Of a DNA stretch of 26,458 nucleotides, positions 6,860-15,136 are shown in pieces (the first letter of the stretch is position 1; every line of letters begins with the position of its first letter). The notes under the pieces were generated by a model, which saw only the letters and a program-made list of their open reading frames with translations, was not told where the DNA came from and did no database searches. The translations under genes were made by a program, and so were the position numbers. Source of the DNA: a virus (lineage: Duplodnaviria; Caudoviricetes); IMG/VR virus record IMGVR_UViG_3300037311_000102, positions 1 to 26,458 of that record. The stretch is one strand, 5' to 3'.

Positions 6860-8511
6860 CCGCGCCGGTGAGTAAAGCCGACTGGGAGCGGCAGCGCCGC
6901 GATGCGATCGAGGCGATGCCCGCGGTCATCGCCGAGGTTGGCCTTCCGAAAGTCCTTCTGCCCTACCAGGCGCGCGCGGTGGCGCTGCTCGACACGATGT
7001 CTACGCGGGTCCTCTTCGTCGAGAAGAGCCGCCGGATCGGACTGACCTGGGGCCTGGCCGCCTACGCGGTCCTGCGGGCGAGCCGCGAGAAGGCGGCGGG
7101 CGGCATGGACGTCATGTACATCAGCTATTCCCAGGAGATGACGCGCGAGTTCGTCGATGCCTGCGCGATGTGGGCGCGGTCCTTCGCGATCGGGGTGAAC
7201 GACACCGAGGAGACGCTGTTCGACGGCGGGGGCGAAGGCGACCGGGCGATCAACGCCTTCCGCATCCGGTTCGGATCGGGCTTCGAGATCATGGCCTTGT
7301 CGTCGGCCCCACGCAGCCTTCGGGGCAAGCAGGGCGTGGTCATCATCGACGAGGCGGCCTTCGTCGAGTCGCTGCCCGAGCTGCTGAAGGCGGCACTCGC
7401 GTTCCTGATGTGGGGCGGTCAGGTTGTGGTCTGCTCGACCCATGACGGGGCCGAGAACCCGTTCAACGCCTACGTGCAAGACATCCTGGCCGAGCGGAAG
7501 TCCTACGGACATCTGCGCATCGATCTCGACGACGCGCTGCGCGACGGCCTCTATCAGCGCATCAGCCTCGTGAACCGGAAGGCGTGGTCGCCGGAGGCCG
7601 AAGCCGAGTGGCGCCAGAGCCTGATCGACGACTATGGCGACGGCGCGGACGAGGAACTGTTCTGCATCCCTTCGCTCGGGTCAGGCGCGTGGCTGCCTGC
7701 GCCGCTGATCGAGGCGCGCATGACGGTTGCGCTGCCAGTCCTCCGGCTCGACCTGCCGCCCGACTATCTGCACCGGCACCGGCTTGACCAGGCGCAGCAC
7801 ATGTCGCCCTTCCTGGCCGAGCTGGAAGAGGCGCTCGACAAGATCGACCTTGGTCCGCAGTTCGCGCTCGGCTTCGACTTCGGGCGGGTGTCGGACCTTT
7901 CGACGCTGTCGCTGCTCGCGATCGAGCGGATGCTGAAGCGCCGCGAGGTCATGTCGATCGAGATGCGCCGTGTGCCTGGCGACGAACAGAAGCTGGTCGT
8001 CGGCAAGGTCATGGATCATGTGAAGGCGCGCCTGATCGGCGCGGCCTTCGATGCGACGGGAATGGGCTGGACGGTCGCCGAGGACATGGGCCGCCGCTTC
8101 GGCCTGCGCGAGGACCCGGAAGGCCCGGGCATCGTCTATCCGCTCAAGTTCACCGAGGAATGGTACCGGCTGAACATGCCGCCCTTGAAGGCTGCGTTCG
8201 AGGATGACGGAATCGCGATCATCAAGGACGCCGAGCACTTGGGCGACCTGCGCATGGTGAAGCTTGTGCGTGGGATCGCGCGTGTCCCGGCGCTTCGCGA
8301 AGGCGAGACGGGCAAGAAGCGCCACGGCGACTATGCGATCGCGCTGGCGCTGGCCCACTGGGCGAGCCGGATGCGGTGGGTCGAGTATGACTATCGCGGG
8401 GCGCCGCGGGGCGGACAGCGGCCGGGCTTTGGCGAACCGGACGATCCCGACATGCAAGCGCGCGACTGGTGGGCCCCGCCGCTGGGTGCCGGGATGAGAG
8501 GGGGGCTTTGA
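6856..8511 (+). CDS. terL: Terminase large subunit, Mu gp28-like
   Basis: LLPYQ, EKSRRIGLTW (Walker A variant), VIIDEAAF (Walker B), STH.G..N.F, GFDFGRVSDLS and HGD.AIALALA motifs. Start is set at the ATGA overlap, not at 6583. Confidence 0.96.
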   Translation: MTAPVSKADWERQRRDAIEAMPAVIAEVGLPKVLLPYQARAVALLDTMSTRVLFVEKSRRIGLTWGLAAYAVLRASREKAAGGMDVMYISYSQEMTREFVDACAMWARSFAIGVNDTEETLFDGGGEGDRAINAFRIRFGSGFEIMALSSAPRSLRGKQGVVIIDEAAFVESLPELLKAALAFLMWGGQVVVCSTHDGAENPFNAYVQDILAERKSYGHLRIDLDDALRDGLYQRISLVNRKAWSPEAEAEWRQSLIDDYGDGADEELFCIPSLGSGAWLPAPLIEARMTVALPVLRLDLPPDYLHRHRLDQAQHMSPFLAELEEALDKIDLGPQFALGFDFGRVSDLSTLSLLAIERMLKRREVMSIEMRRVPGDEQKLVVGKVMDHVKARLIGAAFDATGMGWTVAEDMGRRFGLREDPEGPGIVYPLKFTEEWYRLNMPPLKAAFEDDGIAIIKDAEHLGDLRMVKLVRGIARVPALREGETGKKRHGDYAIALALAHWASRMRWVEYDYRGAPRGGQRPGFGEPDDPDMQARDWWAPPLGAGMRGGL

Positions 8512-8512
8512 C

Positions 8513-8701
8513 ATGACCAAGGACCGCAGGCCGATCCGCGAGCGGCTGAAGGCGTACTACACCGGGCCCGAGATCGAGGTTTGGCTGAAATCGCCGCAAC
8601 CCCAGCTCGAGGGCAAGGTGCCGAACGAGATGATGATGCTGGGACGGTTCGATCCGATCCATGAGCTGCTCGATCGGCTCGACGACGGAGTGTTCCTGTG
8701 A
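8513..8701 (+). CDS. Stand-alone Xre/MbcA/ParS antitoxin C-terminal (toxin-binding) domain protein
   Basis: WLKSPQPQLEGKVPNEMM..G....I..LL..L..GVF matches the WL..P...L.G..P..l...G...V..L....G family pattern. GTGA overlap with the portal gene. Confidence 0.8.
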   Translation: MTKDRRPIRERLKAYYTGPEIEVWLKSPQPQLEGKVPNEMMMLGRFDPIHELLDRLDDGVFL

Positions 8702-10356
8702 GCCGCGCCCCCACCCTGGTCGACCGTTGGGGCAATCCACTCCGCCGCCTTGAGCTGACCGCCGACGTCGCGGGGCCGACGATCACCGGCGTGCGGACGC
8801 CACTGACCGGCTATCCGGCCGATGGTCTCGACCCCGTGCGCCTGGCCGCGATCCTGCGCGCGGCCGACATGGGCGACCCGGTGCGTTATCTCGAGCTTGC
8901 CGAGACGATCGAAGAGCGGGACCTGCACTACCTTGGTGTCCTCGGCACCCGGCGGCGGTCCGTCAGCCAGATCGAGATCACGGTCGAGCCTGCGTCCGAC
9001 GCGGCCGAGGACGAAGCCAAAGCGCAAATGGTCCGCGACTGGTTGAAGCGGGACGAGCTGGGCGAAGAGCTTTTCGACATCCTCGACTGCATCGGGAAGG
9101 GCTATTCCTTCACCGAGATCATCTGGGATGTCTCGGAGGGCCAGTGGTCGCCCGGGCGGCTTGAATGGCGCGATCCGCGCTGGTTCCGGTTCCTGCGCCA
9201 TGATCTTGCGACGCCGGTGATGCTGGGGGAACACGGGGCCGAGGTTCCGTTGCCGGCCTTCAAGTTCATCTTCGCGACGATGAAGGCGAAGTCGGGGATC
9301 GCGCTGCGGTCCGGCCTTGCGCGCGCGGCGGCGTGGGCGTGGATGTTCAAGGCCTTCACGCAGCGCGACTGGGCGATCTTCACGCAGACCTATGGCCAGC
9401 CTCTGCGCGTCGGCAAGTTCGGGGCGGGCGCGACCGAACAGGACAAGGCGACGCTGTTCCGCGCGGTCGCGAACATCGCGGGCGACTGCGCGGCGATCAT
9501 CCCCGAGTCGATGATGATCGAGTTCGTCGAGAACAAGTCGATCGGCGCGACGTCGGACCTGTACCTCAAGCGCGCTGACTGGCTTGACCAGCAGGTCTCG
9601 AAGGCCGTCCTCGGCCAGACGGCGACGACCGATGCGGTCACCGGGGGCCTCGGGTCGGGCAAGGAGCATCGCGAGGTGCAGGAGGACATCGAGCGCGCGG
9701 ACGCGCGGCAGCTCTCGGCAATCATCAATCGCGACCTGATCCGGCCGTGGATGCAGCTCGAGTTCGGGCCGCTGCCCGCCTACCCCCGGATCGTCATCGC
9801 GCGGCCCGAGAAGGAGGACGTGGGCAAGATGGTCGACGCGGTTGCGCGCCTCGTGCCACTGGGCCTGAAGGTCTCGCAGGGCGAGCTGCGCGGCAGGCTC
9901 GGCCTGAAGGCGCCGGAGGCGGGCGAGGAGGTCCTTTCCGCCCCCGTCAGGCCCGAAACGGGACCCGAGGACGGCGACGACCAAGATGCGATCGACCCCA
10001 AGACCGGCAATCGCGCGGTTAAACGGGATTCCGGCGAAATTAAACGGGGAGGCGGTCGTCCGGGGCCGGAGGCCGCGCTGAATGCCGCAGGCGCGCCAGC
10101 GGCGACAAAACCGGGGGGTGACCCGGTCGACAGTCTGGCAGAGCGGCTGCAAGCCGAGGCTGACGCCCCGATGGGCGACATGATGGCGGCGATCGAGGCG
10201 ATGCTGGACACGGCAGGGAGCCTCCCCGAGTTCGGCGAGATGCTGCAGGCAGCCTTCCCCAAGGTCGACGCCGCGCGCTTGGCGGAGGCGATCGCGATGG
10301 GCCTGGTCGCGGCCGAGACGGGCGGGCGTGCGGCCGTGGAGGAGGGCAGTGCCTGA
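8698..10356 (+). CDS. Portal protein, Mu gp29-like (DUF935)
   Basis: EERDLHYLGVLGTRR, KGYSF.EI.W, YGQPLRVGK and QQVSKAVLGQT.T motifs. Confidence 0.96.
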   Translation: MSRAPTLVDRWGNPLRRLELTADVAGPTITGVRTPLTGYPADGLDPVRLAAILRAADMGDPVRYLELAETIEERDLHYLGVLGTRRRSVSQIEITVEPASDAAEDEAKAQMVRDWLKRDELGEELFDILDCIGKGYSFTEIIWDVSEGQWSPGRLEWRDPRWFRFLRHDLATPVMLGEHGAEVPLPAFKFIFATMKAKSGIALRSGLARAAAWAWMFKAFTQRDWAIFTQTYGQPLRVGKFGAGATEQDKATLFRAVANIAGDCAAIIPESMMIEFVENKSIGATSDLYLKRADWLDQQVSKAVLGQTATTDAVTGGLGSGKEHREVQEDIERADARQLSAIINRDLIRPWMQLEFGPLPAYPRIVIARPEKEDVGKMVDAVARLVPLGLKVSQGELRGRLGLKAPEAGEEVLSAPVRPETGPEDGDDQDAIDPKTGNRAVKRDSGEIKRGGGRPGPEAALNAAGAPAATKPGGDPVDSLAERLQAEADAPMGDMMAAIEAMLDTAGSLPEFGEMLQAAFPKVDAARLAEAIAMGLVAAETGGRAAVEEGSA

Positions 10357-11509
10357 GATCGGCGCAGCCTTCCGCCTGCCCTTCGACGAGGCGATCGCGG
10401 CCTTCCGTCTGCGGCTTGGCAATCTGCTGCCGACCGCGACCTGGACGGACATCTGGAAGGCGCAGCACGACCGGGCCTTCGTCGTTGCAGGTGCGCTGAA
10501 GGCGGAGCTCCTCGCGGATCTCGGCGCGGCAGTCGACAAGGCCGTGAGCCAGGGCACGTCGCTCGAGGAGTTCCGGCGCGACTTCCGCCGCATCGTCATT
10601 GAGCGGGGCTGGCACGGCTGGACGGGCGAAGGGTCGGCCAAGGGCGAGGCCTGGCGGACGAAGGTGATCTACCGCACGAACCTTGCCGTCAGCTACGCGG
10701 CGGGGCGGCGGGCACAGCTGATTGCCGGGGGCTTTGAATGGTGGGTTTATCGCCATGGCGGATCGGCCGAGCCGCGCATCCGGCACCTTGGCTGGGACGG
10801 TCTGGCGCTGCCTCCGGCACATCCCTTCTGGCTGACCCACGCGCCGCCGAACGGCTGGGGCTGCAGCTGCTATGTCGTCGGTGCGCGCAGCGAGGCGGGT
10901 ATCCGACGCGTCGGCGGCGACCCGGCGAGAACGCTGCCGCCTGACTGGGCGGTCATCGATCCGCGGACGGGCGCGCCGGTCGGGATCGACAAGGGCTGGG
11001 ACTATGCGCCCGGCGCGACGGGAGACGAAACGATCCGCTCGCTCGTGCCGCGTCTGTCCCGGTTGCCGCCTGCGCCTTCGGTCGACCTGATCCAGAGCTG
11101 GCTCAGGACTGAGCTGTTCGAGGCCTGGTTCGCCGCGCCGACCGGTTTCTGGCCGCTCGTGCGGATCGCTCCGGAGCAGGCCTCCCGCCTCGGATCGGGC
11201 GAGACCGTGGCTGTCTTGTCGCGCGAGACGGTGGAGAAGCAGAAACTGGATCACCCCGAACTCTCGGTCTGGGAGTATGCCGAGGCGCAGCGCGTGGTCG
11301 ACACTGCGACGCATGTGGTCGAGGACGGAAAAGGCGCTCTGATCTTCGTGCTCGTCGCCCCGGGTCGGGGTGGGCAGGTCCTGGTCGTCAAGGCCACCCG
11401 CTCTGGCGCCCGTCTCTTCGTGACCAGTTTCCGGCGCATGAGCAGCGACGCCGCACAGCAGGATCGCGAGATCCGGCGCTTGCTGCGAAAGCCTGGCGGA
11501 GAGGGATGA
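10349..11509 (+). CDS. Minor head protein gpF (MuF) with C-terminal PBECR-like nuclease extension
   Basis: GGAGGG SD before GTG 10349. HDRAFVVAGA, IYRTN....YAAGR, HPFW....PPNGWGCSC and GIDKGWDY.PG, then a ~160-aa tail containing KQ...HPEL...EY and VVKAT..G...FVTSFRR. Confidence 0.92.
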   Translation: MPEIGAAFRLPFDEAIAAFRLRLGNLLPTATWTDIWKAQHDRAFVVAGALKAELLADLGAAVDKAVSQGTSLEEFRRDFRRIVIERGWHGWTGEGSAKGEAWRTKVIYRTNLAVSYAAGRRAQLIAGGFEWWVYRHGGSAEPRIRHLGWDGLALPPAHPFWLTHAPPNGWGCSCYVVGARSEAGIRRVGGDPARTLPPDWAVIDPRTGAPVGIDKGWDYAPGATGDETIRSLVPRLSRLPPAPSVDLIQSWLRTELFEAWFAAPTGFWPLVRIAPEQASRLGSGETVAVLSRETVEKQKLDHPELSVWEYAEAQRVVDTATHVVEDGKGALIFVLVAPGRGGQVLVVKATRSGARLFVTSFRRMSSDAAQQDREIRRLLRKPGGEG

Positions 11510-11514
11510 TCGCA

Positions 11515-11612
11515 CAGGCGGCGGGGCCTCCCACCCGGTTGCCCGGAAACCCCGCATGACGCTCCGATCAAGATCGTGCTACGGCCGGGAGAATTTCACC
11601 GTGTCGCGCCTG
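11515..11612 (+). ncRNA. Putative structured RNA (multi-stem, pseudoknot) between gpF and gpG
   Basis: Pairings 11515-20/11607-12, 11521-26/11550-55, 11535-38/11543-46, 11557-60/11603-06, 11565-68/11573-76 and 11581-84/11599-602, plus loop-loop CTCCC 11528-32 with GGGAG 11587-91. Confidence 0.55.
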
Positions 11613-11629
11613 CACAGAGGGAGATAGCG

Positions 11630-12130
11630 ATGTACCGGGTCGAGATCAAGAATGACGAGGTGACCGGCGCGCTTACTGCCCTGTCCGCCCGGCTGGGTGA
11701 CATGACGCCCGTGATGCAGGAGATCGGCGAGTACCTGGTCGCTTCGACCCGCGGCCGGTTTCCGGAAGGTCGGGCGCCCGACGGCACAGCCTGGGCCCCG
11801 AAGTCGCCGACGACGCTGAAAGCCTATGGCGCGCGGAAATCGAACCGGGTGGATACGCGGCCGCTCTTCGGGCCTTCGGGGACGCTGTCGCGAAACATCT
11901 TCTATCGGGCCTTCAGCGACGGCGTGGAAGTCGGGTCGGACCGCATCTACGCGGCCGTGATGCAGTTCGGCGCGGCAAAAGGGGCCTTCGGGCAGACCAG
12001 CCGGGGCGGGCCGATCCCCTGGGGCAACATCCCGCCCCGCCCATTCCTGGGCCTCTCCGAAGTCGACGAGGGCAACATCCTGGCGATCATCGGCGAATGG
12101 GCCGCGCGGGCGGCCGAAGGCGGAGCTTGA
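11630..12130 (+). CDS. Virion morphogenesis protein gpG (Mu gp31-like)
   Basis: GAGGGAG SD. M.EIGEYL..STR.RF....APDG..W.P, YAA.MQFG and IPPRPFLGLS motifs. Confidence 0.93.
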   Translation: MYRVEIKNDEVTGALTALSARLGDMTPVMQEIGEYLVASTRGRFPEGRAPDGTAWAPKSPTTLKAYGARKSNRVDTRPLFGPSGTLSRNIFYRAFSDGVEVGSDRIYAAVMQFGAAKGAFGQTSRGGPIPWGNIPPRPFLGLSEVDEGNILAIIGEWAARAAEGGA

Positions 12131-12177
12131 CCGCTTCACGGGGGCCGGACAGGCTGCCCCGGCTGAGTCTTGGAGAC

Positions 12178-12227
12178 GCATCCGCAAGCGCTTGAGGATG
12201 TATCGCCGAGGTGCCGCCGGGCAGGTT
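12178..12227 (+). promoter_or_regulatory. Putative late promoter for the head operon (Mu P-I equivalent)
   Basis: Second copy of the 25-bp near-palindrome (12178-12202). CAGGTT at 12222-12227 has the same offset as the hexamer after copy 1. Confidence 0.7.
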
Positions 12228-12234
12228 CGGCCTC

Positions 12235-13287
12235 ATGCAACCTGCCGCCCTGTCCCTTGCTCCGGTCCTGATGGCCGCCCAGTCCGCCGATGCGCAATCG
12301 GTGCCCGACTGGGTGCATCTGTTGCCCGCAAAGACAGGCGCGATCCGCACGGTCGATCAGCGAGGGCCCTTCCATGTAAGCGCACCCGATGAGGTGATCG
12401 CCGCGTCCTTCACGGACGCGGACCGCCTTCCCATTGACGAAAACCATGCGACCGACCTGGCGGCGCCGAACGGGCTGCCCGCGCCTGCGCGCGGCTGGAT
12501 CGTCGAGATGGAGGCCCGTGCCGACGGCATCTGGGGCCGGGTCGAATGGACCGAGGCGGGCGCCGCCCTGGTCAAGGATCGCGCCTATCGCGCGATCAGC
12601 CCCGTCATCCTCCACGACGACAAGAAGCGGGTCCTGCGGGTCCTGCGCGCCTCGCTCGTCAACCGCCCGAACCTGAAGGGTCTTGCCACCCTCAATTCCG
12701 AGGAGCCATCCGTGAACTTCATCGCAAAGCTGGCCGAGGCGCTCGGCCTCGAGAAAACCGCGACCGAGGACGCCGTCATGGGCGCCGTCGGGAAGCTCAA
12801 GTCCGGAACCGGCGAGGTCGCGCTGCAGTCGGCGCTGACCGAGATCGGCACCGCCCTGGGCGTGGCGGGCGAGAAGGACGCCATCCTGGCCGCGGCGAAG
12901 GCCGCGAAGGACGCGAAACCCGCCGAGATCACCGCGCTGCAGGCCGAGCTCGTAAAGGTCGCGGGCCAGCTGAGCGAGCTGCAGTCGAACGCGGCCAAGG
13001 GCGTGGCCACGGCCTACATCGACGGCGAGATCGCGAAGGGCCGCGTCGGCGTCAAGCCGCTGCGCGACCACTACATCGCGCGCCACATGGCCGACGCCGC
13101 CGCGGTCGAGAAGGAGATCGCGGCACTTCCGGTCGTAGGCCCCTCGGGCACCTCGATCGAGCCGCCCGCGCCGAGGGACGGCGAGGTCGCCCTGAACGCG
13201 GCGCAGCGCGACGCCGCGCGCCTCTTGGGGATCGACCCCAAGAAGTACGCCGAAACCCTGAAGGCTGAGAAAGAGGAGGCCCTCTGA
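12235..13287 (+). CDS. Prohead protease I (Mu gp32-like) with C-terminal scaffold
   Basis: WVHLLP, LPIDENH, APARGWI, WGRVEWT..G...V....YR.ISPV and SLVNRPNL motifs. Start is uncertain (12211, 12235 or 12271). Confidence 0.93.
   Translation: MQPAALSLAPVLMAAQSADAQSVPDWVHLLPAKTGAIRTVDQRGPFHVSAPDEVIAASFTDADRLPIDENHATDLAAPNGLPAPARGWIVEMEARADGIWGRVEWTEAGAALVKDRAYRAISPVILHDDKKRVLRVLRASLVNRPNLKGLATLNSEEPSVNFIAKLAEALGLEKTATEDAVMGAVGKLKSGTGEVALQSALTEIGTALGVAGEKDAILAAAKAAKDAKPAEITALQAELVKVAGQLSELQSNAAKGVATAYIDGEIAKGRVGVKPLRDHYIARHMADAAAVEKEIAALPVVGPSGTSIEPPAPRDGEVALNAAQRDAARLLGIDPKKYAETLKAEKEEAL
12712..13287 (+). CDS. Nested in-frame scaffolding protein (Mu gpZ equivalent)
   Basis: GAGGAG SD at 12700-12705 and in-frame GTG at 12712, right after the protease domain. 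The product is Ala-rich and helical. Confidence 0.65.
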   Translation: MNFIAKLAEALGLEKTATEDAVMGAVGKLKSGTGEVALQSALTEIGTALGVAGEKDAILAAAKAAKDAKPAEITALQAELVKVAGQLSELQSNAAKGVATAYIDGEIAKGRVGVKPLRDHYIARHMADAAAVEKEIAALPVVGPSGTSIEPPAPRDGEVALNAAQRDAARLLGIDPKKYAETLKAEKEEAL

Positions 13288-13718
13288 TGGTGGCCCTGAC
13301 CGCAGACCGCAACACGCCCGAGCTGATCGGCGACCAGCGCGAAGGCACGCTCGGGGCCAACCAGGCGATTTTCGCGGGGGCGATCCTGATGCGGAACGCC
13401 GCGGGCGACCTGATCGAGGGCGCGACCGCCACTGGTGCCTTCGGGGCGGGCCGCGCGAGCGAGGCGAAATCCTCGGTCGCGGCGGGCGCGACGGCGATCA
13501 AGTACAAGCCGGGCGTCTACCGATACGCCAACTCGGCCGCCGGTGACCTGATCACCAAGGCCGACATCGGCACCGCCTGCTACATCGTCGACGACCAGAC
13601 GGTCGCGAGGACGAGTGGCACCAACACCCGTTCGCCCGCAGGCGTCGTGGAGGGGGTCGACACGCTCGGCGTGTGGGTCCGCTTCGACGAAGCGCTGACG
13701 CGCGCCGTGCTTTCGTAA
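13287..13718 (+). CDS. Capsid cement/decoration-like protein
   Basis: ALTADRNT, IFAGA, DIG..CYIVDDQTV and AG.V..VD..GVWV motifs. Lies between protease and major capsid. Confidence 0.75.
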   Translation: MVALTADRNTPELIGDQREGTLGANQAIFAGAILMRNAAGDLIEGATATGAFGAGRASEAKSSVAAGATAIKYKPGVYRYANSAAGDLITKADIGTACYIVDDQTVARTSGTNTRSPAGVVEGVDTLGVWVRFDEALTRAVLS

Positions 13719-13728
13719 GGAGAGGCCC

Positions 13729-14619
13729 ATGCTGGTCAACACCGCCAACCTCGACGCCCTGCGCGTCGGCTACAAGACGACCTTCCAGGACGCTCTCAGC
13801 CAGGCCGAGAAGGACTGGGAGCGGCTCTGCACCGTCATCCCGGCTTCGACCAAGGAGCAAAAGTACGGCTGGCTCGGCCGCATCCCGAACGTCCGCGAGT
13901 GGATCGGTCCGCGCCTCGTGCAGAACCTGATGCAGGCCGACTATTCGATCAAGGAGAAGGCGCTCGAACTCACGCTCGGCGTCGACCGCGACGACATCGA
14001 GACGGACAACCTCGGGCTCTACACGCCCCTCTTCCGCGAGATGGGCATGTCGACGGGCGCGCAGTGGGCGATGATGGTCTACGCCCAGCTGAAGCTCGGC
14101 TTCACCACGAACTGCTATGACGGGCAGTTCTTCTTCGATACCGACCACCCGGTCCTGCTGGAAGACGGCTCGCAGAGCACGATCGCGAACACCGACGGCG
14201 GGGCGGGCGCGCCCTGGTTCCTTCTGGTCACGAAGCGCGCCCTGAAGCCGATCATTCTGCAGAAGCGCAAGGACTTCGAGTTCGTGGCGAAGGACAAGGT
14301 CACGGACGACAACGTCTTCAACAACCGCGAGTTCATCTACGGCGCCGACGCCCGGGCGAACACGGGCTTCGGCTTCTGGCAGATGGCCTGGGGGTCGAAG
14401 CAGCCCCTGACGCCCGCCAACTACAAGATCGCGCGCCAGGCGATCATGGGCATGAAGGGCGACTACGGCCGCCCGCTCGGCATGGTCCCCGACCTGCTCG
14501 TCGTCGACGCGACGAACGAGTCGGCCGCCCGCCAGATCGTCAACAGCGAGTACGGCACGGCGGGCGTGACCAACGAGTGGAAGGGCACCGCCGACCTGCT
14601 CGTCACGCCGTGGCTGTGA
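13729..14619 (+). CDS. Major capsid protein, Mu gpT-like
   Basis: AAGGAG SD. YGWLG..P..REWIG.R, V.RDDIE.DNLG.Y, CYDGQ.FFDTDHPV, KPIILQ.R and R.N.GFGFWQ.A motifs. Confidence 0.97.
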   Translation: MLVNTANLDALRVGYKTTFQDALSQAEKDWERLCTVIPASTKEQKYGWLGRIPNVREWIGPRLVQNLMQADYSIKEKALELTLGVDRDDIETDNLGLYTPLFREMGMSTGAQWAMMVYAQLKLGFTTNCYDGQFFFDTDHPVLLEDGSQSTIANTDGGAGAPWFLLVTKRALKPIILQKRKDFEFVAKDKVTDDNVFNNREFIYGADARANTGFGFWQMAWGSKQPLTPANYKIARQAIMGMKGDYGRPLGMVPDLLVVDATNESAARQIVNSEYGTAGVTNEWKGTADLLVTPWL

Positions 14620-14627
14620 GCTGACCC

Positions 14628-15026
14628 ATGGCCAGGGCTCCGCGCGCGCAGAAGGATACCCAGGGGGAAACGGCCCCGCGGTCAACCGCGGCTGACACCC
14701 CGATCGAAGGACCGAGGATCACAACCCCGGCCCAGCCCCCGGCGGATGGTGGTACGAACACCTCTGCCGGGGGACCTATGCCCCCCGCCGTTGCGGCGGC
14801 TGGTTCGGACAGCGATGCGCACGGCGAGGAGGGGCAGGTCGAACCGGCCCAGCCGCTCGATGTCGACGTTTACGTCAAGGGGCCCGAGAGGGGCCGCTGG
14901 CGGATCGGGCGGCACTTCACGCCCGAAGGCGTCGTCATCCCGGCCGGGACCATCACGCATGGTCAGCTCGGGCAGCTGATCGCCGACCCGACCCTGACCG
15001 TCCTGCCGGGCCCCGCCGCCTCCTGA
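14628..15026 (+). CDS. Mu gp35/HI1506-like protein with low-complexity N-terminus
   Basis: C-terminal GRWRIGRHFT.E......L.ADP.L.V motif and position after gpT. Confidence 0.7.
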   Translation: MARAPRAQKDTQGETAPRSTAADTPIEGPRITTPAQPPADGGTNTSAGGPMPPAVAAAGSDSDAHGEEGQVEPAQPLDVDVYVKGPERGRWRIGRHFTPEGVVIPAGTITHGQLGQLIADPTLTVLPGPAAS

Positions 15027-15031
15027 GGTTC

Positions 15032-15114
15032 ATCCGGCTTTGGCAGGAGCCGGATCGGACGGCCCGGCGGCGGTGCGAGCAGACCATCCCCCCAGGTGGT
15101 GGCGCCGCCGCCGG
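15032..15114 (+). other. Two-hairpin intergenic structure downstream of capsid genes
   Basis: 10-bp stem with GGCA tetraloop (15032-15055), and a 14-bp plus 6-bp stem (15063-15114). No U-tract follows. Confidence 0.6.
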
Positions 15115-15136
15115 GAACCCTTAACGCGAGCGAGTG

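Noticed and set aside
10019-10043. CtrA box
   Set aside because: The TTAA half-sites are 17 nt apart, not the TTAA-N7-TTAA consensus.
11515-11612. Known riboswitch, self-cleaving ribozyme, tRNA or terminator identity for the post-gpF element
   Set aside because: I could not match the conserved cores of SAM-I, HDV, twister, pistol or hammerhead RNAs, nor a tRNA cloverleaf, and there is no U-tract.
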